A DNA stretch of 64,000 nucleotides from Ferrovibrio sp. (GCF_017994015.1 NZ_JAGOLP010000013.1:15975-79974); one strand, 5' to 3'; counted from the stretch's first letter, positions 17,920 to 28,483 are shown. Notes: generated by a model from the sequence alone, not told the origin. Translations and numbers: made by a program.

Positions 17920-20727
17920 ATGGCCGGCGCGCCGCATCGCCTCTATCTGGTCGACGGCTCGGGCTATATCTTCCGCGCCTATCACGCCCTGCCGCCGCTG
18001 ACGCGCAAGAGCGACGGCATGCCGGTGGGCGCCGTATCCGGCTTCTGCACCATGCTGGCCACCTTGCGCGAGCGTGCCGAGGCCGATGGCGCGCTAAGCC
18101 ATATGGCGGTGATCTTCGATGCCGGCCGCTACACCTTCCGCAATGAAATCTACCCCCAATACAAGGCCAACCGCAGCGAAACGCCGGAAGACCTGATCCC
18201 GCAATTCGCCCCGATCCGCGATGCCGTGCGCGCCTTCTCGCTGGCCTGCATTGAGATGGATGGCTTCGAGGCCGACGACCTGATCGCCACCTATGCCCGC
18301 CAGGCCGTTGAACAGGGCATGGAAGTGGTGGTGGTTTCGTCTGACAAGGATCTGATGCAGCTGGTGCGCCCCGGCGTGTCGCTGTTTGATCCGATGAAGA
18401 ACAAAGCCATCGGTGCTGCCGAGGTGATGGAGAAATTCGGCGTGGCGCCGGATCGTGTGGTGGATGTGCAGGCCCTGGCCGGCGACAGCACCGACAATGT
18501 GCCCGGCGTGCCCGGCATCGGCATCAAGACCGCCGCCGAACTGATCAACACATTCGGCGACCTGGACAGCCTGCTTGCGCGGGCCGGCGAGATCAAGCAG
18601 CCGAAGCGGCGCGAAAACCTGCTCGGCAATGCCGAGAAGGCGCGTATCAGCCGCCAGCTGGTGCTGCTGAAGGATGACGTGCCGGTGCAGGAAACCCTGG
18701 CGGATTTTGCCATCCGGCCGGTGCATTGGGAAACCCTGGATGCGTTTCTGGCCAGCATGGAATTCCGCACCCTGCGCGGCCGGCTGGAAGCCCGGGTCAA
18801 GGGTCTGGTGCCGCCAAACCGGGCGCAGCTGACCGATCCGGATCACGCTGCCGCTGCCACGCCCATTGCCGAAGCCGAAGCCGCAACGCCGGCCGAAGCG
18901 CAATACGAGCTGGTGCAGGATATGGATCGCCTGCTGGCCTGGATCGCGCGCGCCGAACGCGCCGGCATCGTGGCGGTGGATACCGAAACCACCGATCTTT
19001 CCGCCACCAAGGCCGAGCTGGTGGGCATTTCGCTCAGCACCGCGCCGGGCCTGGCCTGCTATATCCCGCTGGGCCATAGCGCGCCGAATGGCGACGGGCT
19101 TGATCTGGGCGGCGGCGGCCGGCCGAAGCAGATCGCGCTTCAGGATGCGGTGGCGGCGCTGAAGCCGATGCTGGCCGATCCGGCCGTGCTGAAAATCGGC
19201 CAGAATATCAAATACGACATGGTGGTGCTGGCCGCCCATGGCCTGACCGTGGCGCCCTATGACGACACCATGCTGCTGTCCTACAGCCTGGATGCCGGCA
19301 AGCATAACCACAATATGGACGAGCTGGCCGAGCGCCATCTTGGCCATACCACGGTGAAATTCGACGAAGTGACCGGCACCGGCAAGGCGCGCATCACCTT
19401 TGACCGCGTGGCGCTGGACAAGGCGCTGGCCTATGCCGCCGAGGATGCCGATGTCACGCTGCGGCTGCATCGCCAGCTCAAGCCGCGCCTGCTGGCCGAG
19501 AAGCAGACCACATTGTATGAAACCATCGAGCGGCCGATGCCGGCGGTGGTGGCGGCGATGGAACTGGCCGGCATCAAGGTGGACAAAGCGGAACTCAACC
19601 GCCTGAGCGCCGATTTCGCCAACCGCATGGCGGCGCTGGAACGCGAGGCGCATGATCTGGCCGAGGAGAGCTTCAACCTCGCCTCGCCCAAGCAGCTTGG
19701 CGAAATCCTGTTCGACAAGATGAGCCTGCCCGGCGGCAAAAAAGGCAAAACCGGCGCCTATGGCACCGGCGCCGATGTGCTGGAGGAACTGGCCAGCCAG
19801 GGCCACAAGCTGCCGCAGGTGGTGCTGGATTGGCGCCAGTTGCAGAAGCTGAAAGGCACCTACACCGATGCCTTGCAGGAGCAGATCGGCAAGGATGGCC
19901 GGGTGCATACCTCCTTCTCGCTGGCCGCCACCAGCACCGGGCGCTTCGCCTCGTCTGATCCGAATTTGCAGAATATCCCGATCCGCACCGAGGAAGGCCG
20001 CAAGATCCGCCGCGCCTTTGTGGCCGAGCCGGGCCACAAGCTGATCTCGGCAGATTATTCGCAGATCGAATTGCGCATCCTGGCGCATATCGCCGATATC
20101 GGCGCGCTGAAACAGGCATTCCGCGATGGCGTGGATATCCATGCCCTCACCGCCAGCCAAGTGTTCAACGTGCCGCTGGAAGGCATGGACCCAACCGTGC
20201 GGCGCTCGGCCAAGGCGATCAATTTCGGCATCATCTATGGCATGAGCGCCTTTGGCCTGGCGGCCCAGCTCGGCATTCCGCAGCGCGAGGCGGCGGCCTA
20301 TATCGATGCCTATTTCAAGCGCTATCCCGGCATCCGCGATTACATGGACCGCACCAAAAAGCAGGCGCATGAACTCGGCTTTGTCAGCACCGAATTCGGC
20401 CGCCGCGTGCATCTGCCCAATATCAATTCCAAGAATCCCTCGGAACGCGCCTTCCTGGAACGCGCCGCCATCAATGCACCGATCCAGGGCAGCGCCGCTG
20501 ATATCATCAAACGCGCCATGGCCCGCCTGCCGGCAGCTTTGGCCGCCGAAGGATTGCAGGCGCGTATGCTGCTCCAGGTGCATGACGAACTGGTATTCGA
20601 AGCCCCGGAAGCCGAACTGGAAGCCACAGTGAAAGTGGCCAAGCGCATCATGGAAGGCGCCGCCCAGCTCAGCGTGCCCTTGGTGGTGGAAGCCGGCATC
20701 GGCAACAATTGGGACGACGCGCATTAA
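17920..20727 (+). CDS. polA: DNA polymerase I
   Basis: LVDGSGYIFRAYH 5'-3' exonuclease, DTET 3'-5' exonuclease, DYSQIELR, KAINFGIIYG, QVHDEL. Confidence 0.99.
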   Translation: MAGAPHRLYLVDGSGYIFRAYHALPPLTRKSDGMPVGAVSGFCTMLATLRERAEADGALSHMAVIFDAGRYTFRNEIYPQYKANRSETPEDLIPQFAPIRDAVRAFSLACIEMDGFEADDLIATYARQAVEQGMEVVVVSSDKDLMQLVRPGVSLFDPMKNKAIGAAEVMEKFGVAPDRVVDVQALAGDSTDNVPGVPGIGIKTAAELINTFGDLDSLLARAGEIKQPKRRENLLGNAEKARISRQLVLLKDDVPVQETLADFAIRPVHWETLDAFLASMEFRTLRGRLEARVKGLVPPNRAQLTDPDHAAAATPIAEAEAATPAEAQYELVQDMDRLLAWIARAERAGIVAVDTETTDLSATKAELVGISLSTAPGLACYIPLGHSAPNGDGLDLGGGGRPKQIALQDAVAALKPMLADPAVLKIGQNIKYDMVVLAAHGLTVAPYDDTMLLSYSLDAGKHNHNMDELAERHLGHTTVKFDEVTGTGKARITFDRVALDKALAYAAEDADVTLRLHRQLKPRLLAEKQTTLYETIERPMPAVVAAMELAGIKVDKAELNRLSADFANRMAALEREAHDLAEESFNLASPKQLGEILFDKMSLPGGKKGKTGAYGTGADVLEELASQGHKLPQVVLDWRQLQKLKGTYTDALQEQIGKDGRVHTSFSLAATSTGRFASSDPNLQNIPIRTEEGRKIRRAFVAEPGHKLISADYSQIELRILAHIADIGALKQAFRDGVDIHALTASQVFNVPLEGMDPTVRRSAKAINFGIIYGMSAFGLAAQLGIPQREAAAYIDAYFKRYPGIRDYMDRTKKQAHELGFVSTEFGRRVHLPNINSKNPSERAFLERAAINAPIQGSAADIIKRAMARLPAALAAEGLQARMLLQVHDELVFEAPEAELEATVKVAKRIMEGAAQLSVPLVVEAGIGNNWDDAH

Positions 20728-20759
20728 GCGCGCTGGTGGGATGACCCGAATCAAGCGCA

Positions 20760-20840
20760 GACCGCCGGGTCAAGCCCGGCGGTGACGCAACTGCCAAAGT
20801 CCCTACACCATCGTCACCCCCGGGCCTGACCCGGGGGGTC
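20760..20840. repeat. Inverted pair of REP-like palindromes
   Basis: GACCGCCGGGTCAAGCCCGGCGGTGAC (20760-20786) and an inverted variant GTCACCCCCGGGCCTGACCCGGGGGGTC (20813-20840). Confidence 0.75.
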
Positions 20841-22077
20841 TCTGCCGCCCGCGCAGAAAACAGCCGATAGCCGCCAACTGGATCACCAATGCAGCGCTGA
20901 AAAACAGCGCGGTTTGATCTGTCGAGGCTTCGCGCAGCAAGCCAAAGGCCGCCGGCGCAAAGGCATAGCCAGCCTGGCCCAAGGCCACGATCAAGGCCAC
21001 CACACGCAAAGCCGTCTGGCGCGCAAACTCAGCCTGAGCGATCAGCGGTGGCAATGACGTGACATTGCCGATGCCAAGGCCAAACAGCACCACACCAGCC
21101 AGCAGCAGCGCCACGTTGCCGCCACCGGCCAGGATGAAAGCCAGTGAGCCAGCGGCCTGCACCAGCAGGCTGAGACTGGCAGCCAGGCGGCGATCCGCGC
21201 CGACCGGCAGCAGCCAGCCCACGGCCGAGCGGCCGGCAATGGCGCAGGCGGTGGCAAGGCCGGCGGCAAAACCGGCCCATTGCGCGCCAAAGGCCGGCAC
21301 CAGCAGCGAAAACAGATGTGCGATCAGGCCGATTTGGGCAAACAGGCTGAGCGCCATGGCGGCAGCAAGGGTCAGGAAATGCCGGTTCCGCCACAGCGCC
21401 CGGCCGGCAAGAGCCGGCGGCTCAGCCGCTGCCGGCGCAGCATTCCTGGCCGGATCACCATCTGGCATATCGCCATCCGGCAGTTGGCCCAGCCGGGCCG
21501 GTGTGACAGCCAGCGGACCACAGACCAGCCAGAGCATCACCGGCAGCATCACCGCGCAGATCGCCAGCGCCGCGCCGGTGAAATCAAGCCGCGTTATCAA
21601 TGCTACCCAGAGCGGCGAAAACACCACGCCACCGATACTGGCGCCGTTATAGGCCATGGCCAGGGCCGCCGGCCGCCGGCGGCTGAACCATGGCGCGATG
21701 ATGGCGTTGATCGCCGCCGCCCCCATGGTGACCCAGCCGATGCCGCTGGCCAGCGCTGCCAGGAATAGCTGCCACGGCGCCAGCGCCAGGCTCCAGCCCA
21801 GCAGACCCAGTGCCAGCACCACGCTGCCGGCCAGTGTGATGCGCGGCAGGCCGAAGCGGCGATAAAGCTGCGGCAGCATCGCCACCACGGCGGCGCCGCA
21901 GAGAAAATGCAGTGTGACGGCGGCTGAAACCAGCCCAACCGGCCAGCCGGTGCGCAGCACCACCGCATGCAGGAAAACCGGCGGGCCATAGAATCCCAAA
22001 CCCCAGCCGAACATCGCCACAACAAAAGCCGCCACGACCACGCGCCAGCCGTAAAAACCCGTCACGCCCTGCATCAC
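20803..22077 (-). CDS. MFS transporter
   Basis: FYGWRVV N-terminus, 12 predicted TM segments, WFSRRRPAALAMAYNGAS. Confidence 0.88.
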   Translation of the reverse strand: MMQGVTGFYGWRVVVAAFVVAMFGWGLGFYGPPVFLHAVVLRTGWPVGLVSAAVTLHFLCGAAVVAMLPQLYRRFGLPRITLAGSVVLALGLLGWSLALAPWQLFLAALASGIGWVTMGAAAINAIIAPWFSRRRPAALAMAYNGASIGGVVFSPLWVALITRLDFTGAALAICAVMLPVMLWLVCGPLAVTPARLGQLPDGDMPDGDPARNAAPAAAEPPALAGRALWRNRHFLTLAAAMALSLFAQIGLIAHLFSLLVPAFGAQWAGFAAGLATACAIAGRSAVGWLLPVGADRRLAASLSLLVQAAGSLAFILAGGGNVALLLAGVVLFGLGIGNVTSLPPLIAQAEFARQTALRVVALIVALGQAGYAFAPAAFGLLREASTDQTALFFSAALVIQLAAIGCFLRGRQRPPGSGPGVTMV

Positions 22078-22144
22078 ACCATCCTTGCTGTTACGGATGC
22101 AGTTTAGGCAAACGGCAGGGCCGGATGTTTCGATGCCGGTCGAA

Positions 22145-22178
22145 ACGAAAAACGGCGCCGGGTGTTTCCGGCGCCGTT
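22145..22178 (-). terminator. Rho-independent terminator of ppdK
   Basis: AACGGCGCCGG/CCGGCGCCGTT stem followed by a T-run on the minus strand. Confidence 0.75.
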
Positions 22179-22202
22179 CGATAAAGCGATATCGCTTTTT
22201 TC

Positions 22203-25052
22203 TTACGCTTCGCTGGCCTTCTCTTCCGAGATTGCGGCTTGGGCGGCGGCAAGCCGTGCGATCGGCACGCGATAGGGCGAGCAGGAGACATAATCCAGCC
22301 CGGCCTTGTGGAAGAAGCGCACCGAAGACGGGTCGCCGCCATGTTCGCCGCAGATGCCGAGCTTGATATTCGGGCGGCTCTGGCGGCCACGCTCAACCGC
22401 AATGCGCACCAGTTCACCCACACCGCTCTGGTCGATGCTGACAAACGGATCACGCTCGAAGATGCCGTTCTTCAGGTAATCGTCCATGAACAGCGCCGAA
22501 TCGTCGCGGCTGATGCCCAGCGTGGTCTGGGTCAGGTCGTTGGTGCCAAACGAGAAGAATTCGGCATGCTCGGCAATCTCGGCGGCGCGCAAGGCGGCGC
22601 GCGGCAATTCGATCATGGTGCCGACCAGGTATTTCAGCTTCTTGCCGGTTTCCTTGGCCACCGCCACCGCCACGGCATCGACGCGGCGCTTCAGGATGTC
22701 GATTTCCGCCTTGGTGGCCACCAGCGGGATCATCACTTCCGGCTCCACCGCCTTGCCGCCGCCCTTGGAGGCTTCCACCGCTGCCTCGAAGATGGCGCGG
22801 GCCTGCATCTCATAGATTTCCGGGAAGGAAATGCCGAGACGGCAGCCGCGATGGCCCAGCATCGGGTTGGTTTCTTCCAGCGCCTTCTTACGCTCCTTGA
22901 GCGCGGCGGCGCTGAGCCCGGTGGCCTTCGACACCGCCTCAAAATCCGCATCGGTATGCGGCAGGAATTCATGCAGCGGCGGATCGAGCAGGCGGATGGT
23001 GACCGGGCGACCGGCCATGATCTTGAACAGCTGCACAAAGTCGTTGCGCTGCATCGGCAGGATCTTGGCCAGCGCCTTACGGCGGCCATCAACCGACGAC
23101 GACAGGATCATTTCGCGCACCGCCGTGATGCGGTCGGCATCGAAGAACATATGCTCGGTGCGGCACAGGCCAATGCCTTCGCAGCCGAACTTCACCGCCG
23201 CAGCGGCATCGGCGGGCGTCTCGGCATTGGTGCGCACCTTGAGGCGGCGCAGCTTGTCGGCCCAGGCCATCAGCGTGGCGAAATCGCCCGACAGGGCCGG
23301 CTCGATGGTGGGCACGCGGCCCAGGATCACTTCGCCGGTGGAACCGTCGATGGTGATCACATCGCCCTTGTTCACCACGGTATCGCCCACGGTCATCTTG
23401 CCGGCAGCATAATCAATGCGGATCGTACCGGCGCCGGAAACGCAGGGCCGGCCCATGCCGCGCGCCACCACGGCGGCATGGCTGGTGGTGCCGCCGCGCG
23501 CGGTGAGAATGCCCTTGGCGGCATGCATGCCGTGAATGTCTTCCGGCGAGGTTTCCACCCGCACCAGGATCACCGCTTCGCCAGCTGCCGCCATCTTCTC
23601 GGCTTCATCGGCATTAAACACCGCCTTGCCGCTGGCAGCGCCCGGCGAAGCCGCCAGGCCCTTGGCGATCACGGTGCGCGGCGCCTTGGGGTCTGGCGTC
23701 GGATGCAGCAACTGGTCCAGCGAAGCCGGATCGATGCGGGTGACCGCTTCGGCCTGGCCGATCAGCTTTTCCTTCACCATATCCACCGCAATCTTCAGCG
23801 CGGCCTTGGCGGTGCGCTTGCCCGAACGGGTTTGCAGCATCCACAGCTTGCCCTGCTGTACGGTGAACTCGATATCCTGCATGTCGCGGTAATGCTTCTC
23901 CAGCTTCTGGAACACATCCGTCAGCTGCTTGAAGGTGGCCGGCATGGTTTCCTGCATCGAGGGCATCTCATTGCCCACCTTGAGCCGCGCCACCTTGGTG
24001 AGCTGCTGCGGCGTGCGGATACCGGCCACCACATCCTCGCCCTGGGCGTTGATCAGATATTCGCCGTAGAACGCCTTCTCCCCGGTGGCAGGATCGCGGG
24101 TGAAGGCCACGCCGGTGCAGGAGGTTTCGCCCATATTGCCGAACACCATGGCCTGCACGTTCACCGCAGTGCCCCAGCTTTCCGGGATATGGTTGAGCGT
24201 GCGGTAGGTGATGGCGCGGTTGTTCATCCAGCTGGAGAACACGGCACCGATGGCGCCCCAGAGCTGGTCATGCACATCCTGCGGGAAAGGCTTGCCCAGT
24301 TCTTCCTTCACCTTGGCCTTGTAGGCCACCACCAGCGCCTTCCAATCCTCGGCGGAAAGCTCGGTATCCAGCACCAGGCCCTTGTCTTCCTTGTGCATTT
24401 CGAGCAGTTCCTCGAAATGCTCGTGGCCCACATCCAGCACCACGTTGGAATACATCTGGATGAAGCGGCGATAGCTGTCCCAGGCGAAACGCTCGTTGCC
24501 TGACTGCTTGGCCAGCGCCGCCACGGTAACATCGTTGAGGCCGAGATTGAGCACGGTGTCCATCATGCCCGGCATTGAGGCGCGGGCGCCCGAGCGCACC
24601 GAAACCAGCAGCGGCATGGTGGCATCGCCAAACTTGGCGCCAACCAGCTTTTCAATCCGCGCCAGCGCGGTATCAACCTGGGCCTTCAATTCGGCGGGAT
24701 ACTTGCGGCCATTCTTGTAGAAGGCGGTGCAGACTTCGGTGGTGATGGTGAAGCCCGGCGGCACCGGCAGGCCAAGATTGCTCATCTCGGCCAGGTTGGC
24801 GCCCTTGCCGCCCAGCAATTCACGCATCTCGGAACGGCCATCGGCGCGACCATCGCCAAAGGAATAGACCAGCTTGAGCTTGGCCGGGGCGCTGGCTTTG
24901 CGGGCCGGAGCGGCCTTCTTCACAGCAGCCTTCTTGGCAGCAGCCTGCTTGACCGGCGCTTTCTTGACGGCGGCCTGCTTCTTCACGGCAACCTGCTTGA
25001 TCGGCGCCTTCTTGGCGGTCTTGGACTTGGTCTTGGTCTTCAGCTTGGCCAT
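22203..25052 (-). CDS. ppdK: Pyruvate, phosphate dikinase with Lys/Ala-rich N-terminal extension
   Basis: LLGGKGANLAEM, GGTTSHAAVVARG (phospho-His), FSFGTNDLTQ, GICGEHGG. Confidence 0.98.
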   Translation of the reverse strand: MAKLKTKTKSKTAKKAPIKQVAVKKQAAVKKAPVKQAAAKKAAVKKAAPARKASAPAKLKLVYSFGDGRADGRSEMRELLGGKGANLAEMSNLGLPVPPGFTITTEVCTAFYKNGRKYPAELKAQVDTALARIEKLVGAKFGDATMPLLVSVRSGARASMPGMMDTVLNLGLNDVTVAALAKQSGNERFAWDSYRRFIQMYSNVVLDVGHEHFEELLEMHKEDKGLVLDTELSAEDWKALVVAYKAKVKEELGKPFPQDVHDQLWGAIGAVFSSWMNNRAITYRTLNHIPESWGTAVNVQAMVFGNMGETSCTGVAFTRDPATGEKAFYGEYLINAQGEDVVAGIRTPQQLTKVARLKVGNEMPSMQETMPATFKQLTDVFQKLEKHYRDMQDIEFTVQQGKLWMLQTRSGKRTAKAALKIAVDMVKEKLIGQAEAVTRIDPASLDQLLHPTPDPKAPRTVIAKGLAASPGAASGKAVFNADEAEKMAAAGEAVILVRVETSPEDIHGMHAAKGILTARGGTTSHAAVVARGMGRPCVSGAGTIRIDYAAGKMTVGDTVVNKGDVITIDGSTGEVILGRVPTIEPALSGDFATLMAWADKLRRLKVRTNAETPADAAAAVKFGCEGIGLCRTEHMFFDADRITAVREMILSSSVDGRRKALAKILPMQRNDFVQLFKIMAGRPVTIRLLDPPLHEFLPHTDADFEAVSKATGLSAAALKERKKALEETNPMLGHRGCRLGISFPEIYEMQARAIFEAAVEASKGGGKAVEPEVMIPLVATKAEIDILKRRVDAVAVAVAKETGKKLKYLVGTMIELPRAALRAAEIAEHAEFFSFGTNDLTQTTLGISRDDSALFMDDYLKNGIFERDPFVSIDQSGVGELVRIAVERGRQSRPNIKLGICGEHGGDPSSVRFFHKAGLDYVSCSPYRVPIARLAAAQAAISEEKASEA

Positions 25053-25059
25053 GACAAAA

Positions 25060-27132
25060 TCATCCTTCGATTTGCGAAAAGTCGGCGACACGGTCCATGC
25101 TGCCGGCAACGGCGGCGAGCAGGCTTAAACGATTGCGGCGCAAGGCCGCGTCTTCGGCATTCACGGTGACACGCTCAAAAAACATATCCACCGGCTGGCG
25201 CATCAGCGCCAGAGCAGCAAGATATTTGGCGAAGCCGGCGGCATCACCGGCGGCATTCTGCTCGGCGCGGCCAATCTCGGCCAGGATCGCCGCCACCGCC
25301 TTTTCCTCGATCTGATCCAGGAAACCTTCGGCCACTTCGCCCAGCGGCAGATCGGGGGTCTTTTTCAATTCGGCGCGCACGATGTTGTTGGCGCGGCGAT
25401 AGGCGGTCAGCAGGTTGCCGCCATCCTGCGAGGCCAGGAAGGCGCCCAGGGCTTCGGCCTTGGCCACCACGCGCAGCAGATCGTCGTCGCCGCCCTTGGC
25501 AAACACGGCGCTGATCACATCGTGGCGCACGCCCTTTTCGCGCAGGAACACCTTCAGGCGATCAACAAAGAAACGCAGCAATTCATCGGCCACATCGCGG
25601 CCCGGCTCAGCCTGCACAGAATGCAGCGACAAGGCCGAGACAAAAAGCGGCTTCAGCGCCAGTGCCAGCTTGTTTTCCAGGATGATGCGGATCACACCCA
25701 AAGCCGCGCGGCGCAGCGCAAACGGGTCTTTCGAGCCGGTCGGCTTCTCATCGATGGCGAAAAAGCCGGTCAGGATGTCGATCTTGTCGGCCAAAGCCAC
25801 GCTGATCGCCACCGGGTCGCTCGGGCAGCGGTCAGCCGGCCCCTGCGGCGAATAATGCTGCGCAATGGCCTCGGCCACCGCCGCAGGCTCGCCATCATGC
25901 TGCGCATAATAACGCCCCATGATGCCCTGCAATTCGGGGAATTCGCCCACCAGGCCGGTCAGCAGGTCGGCCTTGGCCAATTCGGCGCCACGACGCGCCT
26001 GTTTGGTATCGGCGCCGATCAGCCCGGCAATCTCAAAAGCCAGCCGTTCAATGCGCGTCACCTTCTCGGCCAGGGTGCCGAGCTTGGCATGGAACACGAT
26101 GTCCTTCAGGCCCGGCAGGCGGCTATCCAGGCGCTGCTTGCGATCCTGGTCCCAGAAGAATTTTGCATCCGAGAGCCGCGCCGCCAGCACACGCTCGTTG
26201 CCGGCCACCACCTGGCGGCCACCATCATTGGTCAGCGTGTTGGCGACAATGACAAAACGCGGCGCTAGATTGCCGGCCGGATCATTGAGCGCAAAATATT
26301 TCTGATGCGTACGCATCGCCGTGGTCAGCACTTCGCGCGGCACATCCATGAAGGCCAAAGGAATCGCGCCCAGCAGCACCACCGGCTGCTCCACCAGGCC
26401 AGCCACTTCATCGGCCAGGCCGGCATCCTCAATCAGCGCCAAGCCTTCATTGCCGGCGGCAAAGGCGGCATCCTTCAGGATCATCTCGCGCCGCACAGCG
26501 AAATCCGGCTCAACATAGGCGCCGCGCAAAGAGCGCAGCCAATCATTGGCATCGCGCACGGCAAAGCGTTTCGGCGCCATGAAACGATGGCCGCAGGTGC
26601 TGTCGCCGGCCTTGAGATGGCCAAAGTCTAACGGCACCACCTGGCCTTCAAACAGGCACAGGATACTGTGCAGCGGGCGCACCCAGCGCATGGTGTGATC
26701 GGCCCAGCGCATCGATTTGGGCCAGGGCAAAGCCGCCAGCGCGGCGGGCAGCAGGTCGAGCAGCACCTCGGCCGTGGGCCGGCCCTGCTTCTCGATCACG
26801 GCGAACCAGAATTCGCCCTTGCCGGTATCGCGCTTTTCGCATTGCTCCAGGCTGTCCAGCCCGGCCGAACGCAGGAAACCCTGCACGGCAGCTTCCGGCG
26901 CGCCGACACGCGGGCCTTTTTTCTCATCGCGCAGATCGGCCTGGGCGCGCGGCAACCCCTTCACCACCAAAGCCAGGCGGCGCGGCGTGCAATAGGCCCG
27001 TGCCTCGGTGAAACCCAGACCGGCCTGTTTCAGCCCCTCGCCCACCAGCCGCTGCAAATCCTCGGCGGCGCGCTGCTGCATGCGGGCCGGAATCTCCTCG
27101 CTATGCAGTTCCAGCAGCAATTCGCCCAGCAT
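25060..27132 (-). CDS. glyS: Glycine-tRNA ligase beta subunit
   Basis: LLELHSEEIPA, TPRRLA, WPKSMRW, EFPELQG, DPFALRRAA. Confidence 0.97.
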   Translation of the reverse strand: MLGELLLELHSEEIPARMQQRAAEDLQRLVGEGLKQAGLGFTEARAYCTPRRLALVVKGLPRAQADLRDEKKGPRVGAPEAAVQGFLRSAGLDSLEQCEKRDTGKGEFWFAVIEKQGRPTAEVLLDLLPAALAALPWPKSMRWADHTMRWVRPLHSILCLFEGQVVPLDFGHLKAGDSTCGHRFMAPKRFAVRDANDWLRSLRGAYVEPDFAVRREMILKDAAFAAGNEGLALIEDAGLADEVAGLVEQPVVLLGAIPLAFMDVPREVLTTAMRTHQKYFALNDPAGNLAPRFVIVANTLTNDGGRQVVAGNERVLAARLSDAKFFWDQDRKQRLDSRLPGLKDIVFHAKLGTLAEKVTRIERLAFEIAGLIGADTKQARRGAELAKADLLTGLVGEFPELQGIMGRYYAQHDGEPAAVAEAIAQHYSPQGPADRCPSDPVAISVALADKIDILTGFFAIDEKPTGSKDPFALRRAALGVIRIILENKLALALKPLFVSALSLHSVQAEPGRDVADELLRFFVDRLKVFLREKGVRHDVISAVFAKGGDDDLLRVVAKAEALGAFLASQDGGNLLTAYRRANNIVRAELKKTPDLPLGEVAEGFLDQIEEKAVAAILAEIGRAEQNAAGDAAGFAKYLAALALMRQPVDMFFERVTVNAEDAALRRNRLSLLAAVAGSMDRVADFSQIEG

Positions 27133-28026
27133 CTACAGGCTCCCTTCCGGCAGATGGCCGCGCGAGCGCAGCCATTGTGTGCAGCAGGCTTTGGCCAGGG
27201 CGCGCACACGGCCGATATAGGCGGCGCGCTCGGTGACACTGATCACGCCACGCGCATCCAGCAGATTGAAGGTGTGGCTGGCCTTCATGCACTGGTCATA
27301 GGCCGGCAAAGCCAAGCCCTTTTCCACCAGCGCGATGCATTCCTTTTCCACATCGTTGAAACGGCGGAAAAGCTGCTCGGTATCGGCATGTTCAAAATTA
27401 TAGGCGGAGAATTCCTGCTCGGCTTGCAGGAACACATCGCCATAGCTGACACCACGGCCGTTGAAATCCAGGTCGTATACCCGGTCCTTGCCCTGGATAT
27501 ACATGGCCAGGCGTTCAAGGCCATAGGTGATCTCGGCTGCCACTGGCGAGCAATCATAGCCGCCGACCTGCTGGAAATAGGTGAACTGCGTCACCTCCAT
27601 GCCGTCGCACCAGACTTCCCAGCCCAGGCCCCAGGCGCCCAGCGTCGGGCTTTCCCAATCATCCTCAACAAAGCGGATATCATGCCGCTTGTGATCGATG
27701 CCCAGCACCGCCAGCGAATCGAGATACAGCTCCAGCACATTGGCCGGGCTGGGCTTCAGGATCACCTGAAACTGGTAGTAATGCTGCAAGCGATTGGGAT
27801 TCTCGCCATAGCGGCCATCCTTGGGCCGCCGCGAGGGCTGCACATAGGCGGCATTCCAGGGTTCCGGCCCAAGCGCCCGCAACGTGGTGGCGGGGTGGAA
27901 AGTGCCGGCCCCAACCTCCATGTCGTAAGGCTGCAAGATGGTGCAGCCCTGGCGCGCCCAATAGGTCTGCAACGCCAGAATCAGGTCTTGAAAAGCATGT
28001 GAGGTGGGCTGTCCGGTGGGCGCCAT
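27133..28026 (-). CDS. glyQ: Glycine-tRNA ligase alpha subunit
   Basis: [36 protein letters not shown]. Confidence 0.98.
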   Translation of the reverse strand: MAPTGQPTSHAFQDLILALQTYWARQGCTILQPYDMEVGAGTFHPATTLRALGPEPWNAAYVQPSRRPKDGRYGENPNRLQHYYQFQVILKPSPANVLELYLDSLAVLGIDHKRHDIRFVEDDWESPTLGAWGLGWEVWCDGMEVTQFTYFQQVGGYDCSPVAAEITYGLERLAMYIQGKDRVYDLDFNGRGVSYGDVFLQAEQEFSAYNFEHADTEQLFRRFNDVEKECIALVEKGLALPAYDQCMKASHTFNLLDARGVISVTERAAYIGRVRALAKACCTQWLRSRGHLPEGSL

Positions 28027-28155
28027 TATGCTGCCGTCCGTGCCTGAGGTGGCTGAACCAAGGGTGGCGGAAAATCGGGCGGACCTTAATGGCCGCCTCG
28101 CCCCCGGTCAAGCACCCCGGCCGCGCCAGTTATGGCGCCGTATCGGCTGGTAATT

Positions 28156-28449
28156 TCACAGCTTGGCGCCAGTGCATCCGGGCGTGTCGCACGGCCCCTT
28201 GGCGCCAACCGGGCGATAGGTGCCGCAGCCCGGGCAGGCCACCATGTCCTCGCCGCCCATTTCCGCCGCCTGGCTGGCTGGCTGGGGATCAGCGGCGGGG
28301 GCCGCCTGCTGGCGCAGGCGCTGCGCCTCGGCCTCGGCGGCGGCCTTCTGCTTGTCGCGTTCAGCCTGCGCCGCTTCCCAGCGCCCGTAATACTTGTAGC
28401 CATAATACGCTGCGGCGATGACGCCGATCAGCAGCAGGAATTTCAGCAT
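28156..28449 (-). CDS. Small membrane-anchored protein with C-terminal Cys motif
   Basis: N-terminal TM helix; EDMVACPGCGTY..PCDTPGC. Confidence 0.7.
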   Translation of the reverse strand: MLKFLLLIGVIAAAYYGYKYYGRWEAAQAERDKQKAAAEAEAQRLRQQAAPAADPQPASQAAEMGGEDMVACPGCGTYRPVGAKGPCDTPGCTGAKL

Positions 28450-28483
28450 CGCCCAGCTACACCCAAAAGGAATTGACGCCCTA

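Noticed and set aside
18094-20754. 886-aa antisense ORF
   Set aside because: Shadow of polA caused by high-GC codon bias; no recognisable motifs
22239-24503. 754-aa plus-strand ORF
   Set aside because: Antisense shadow of ppdK
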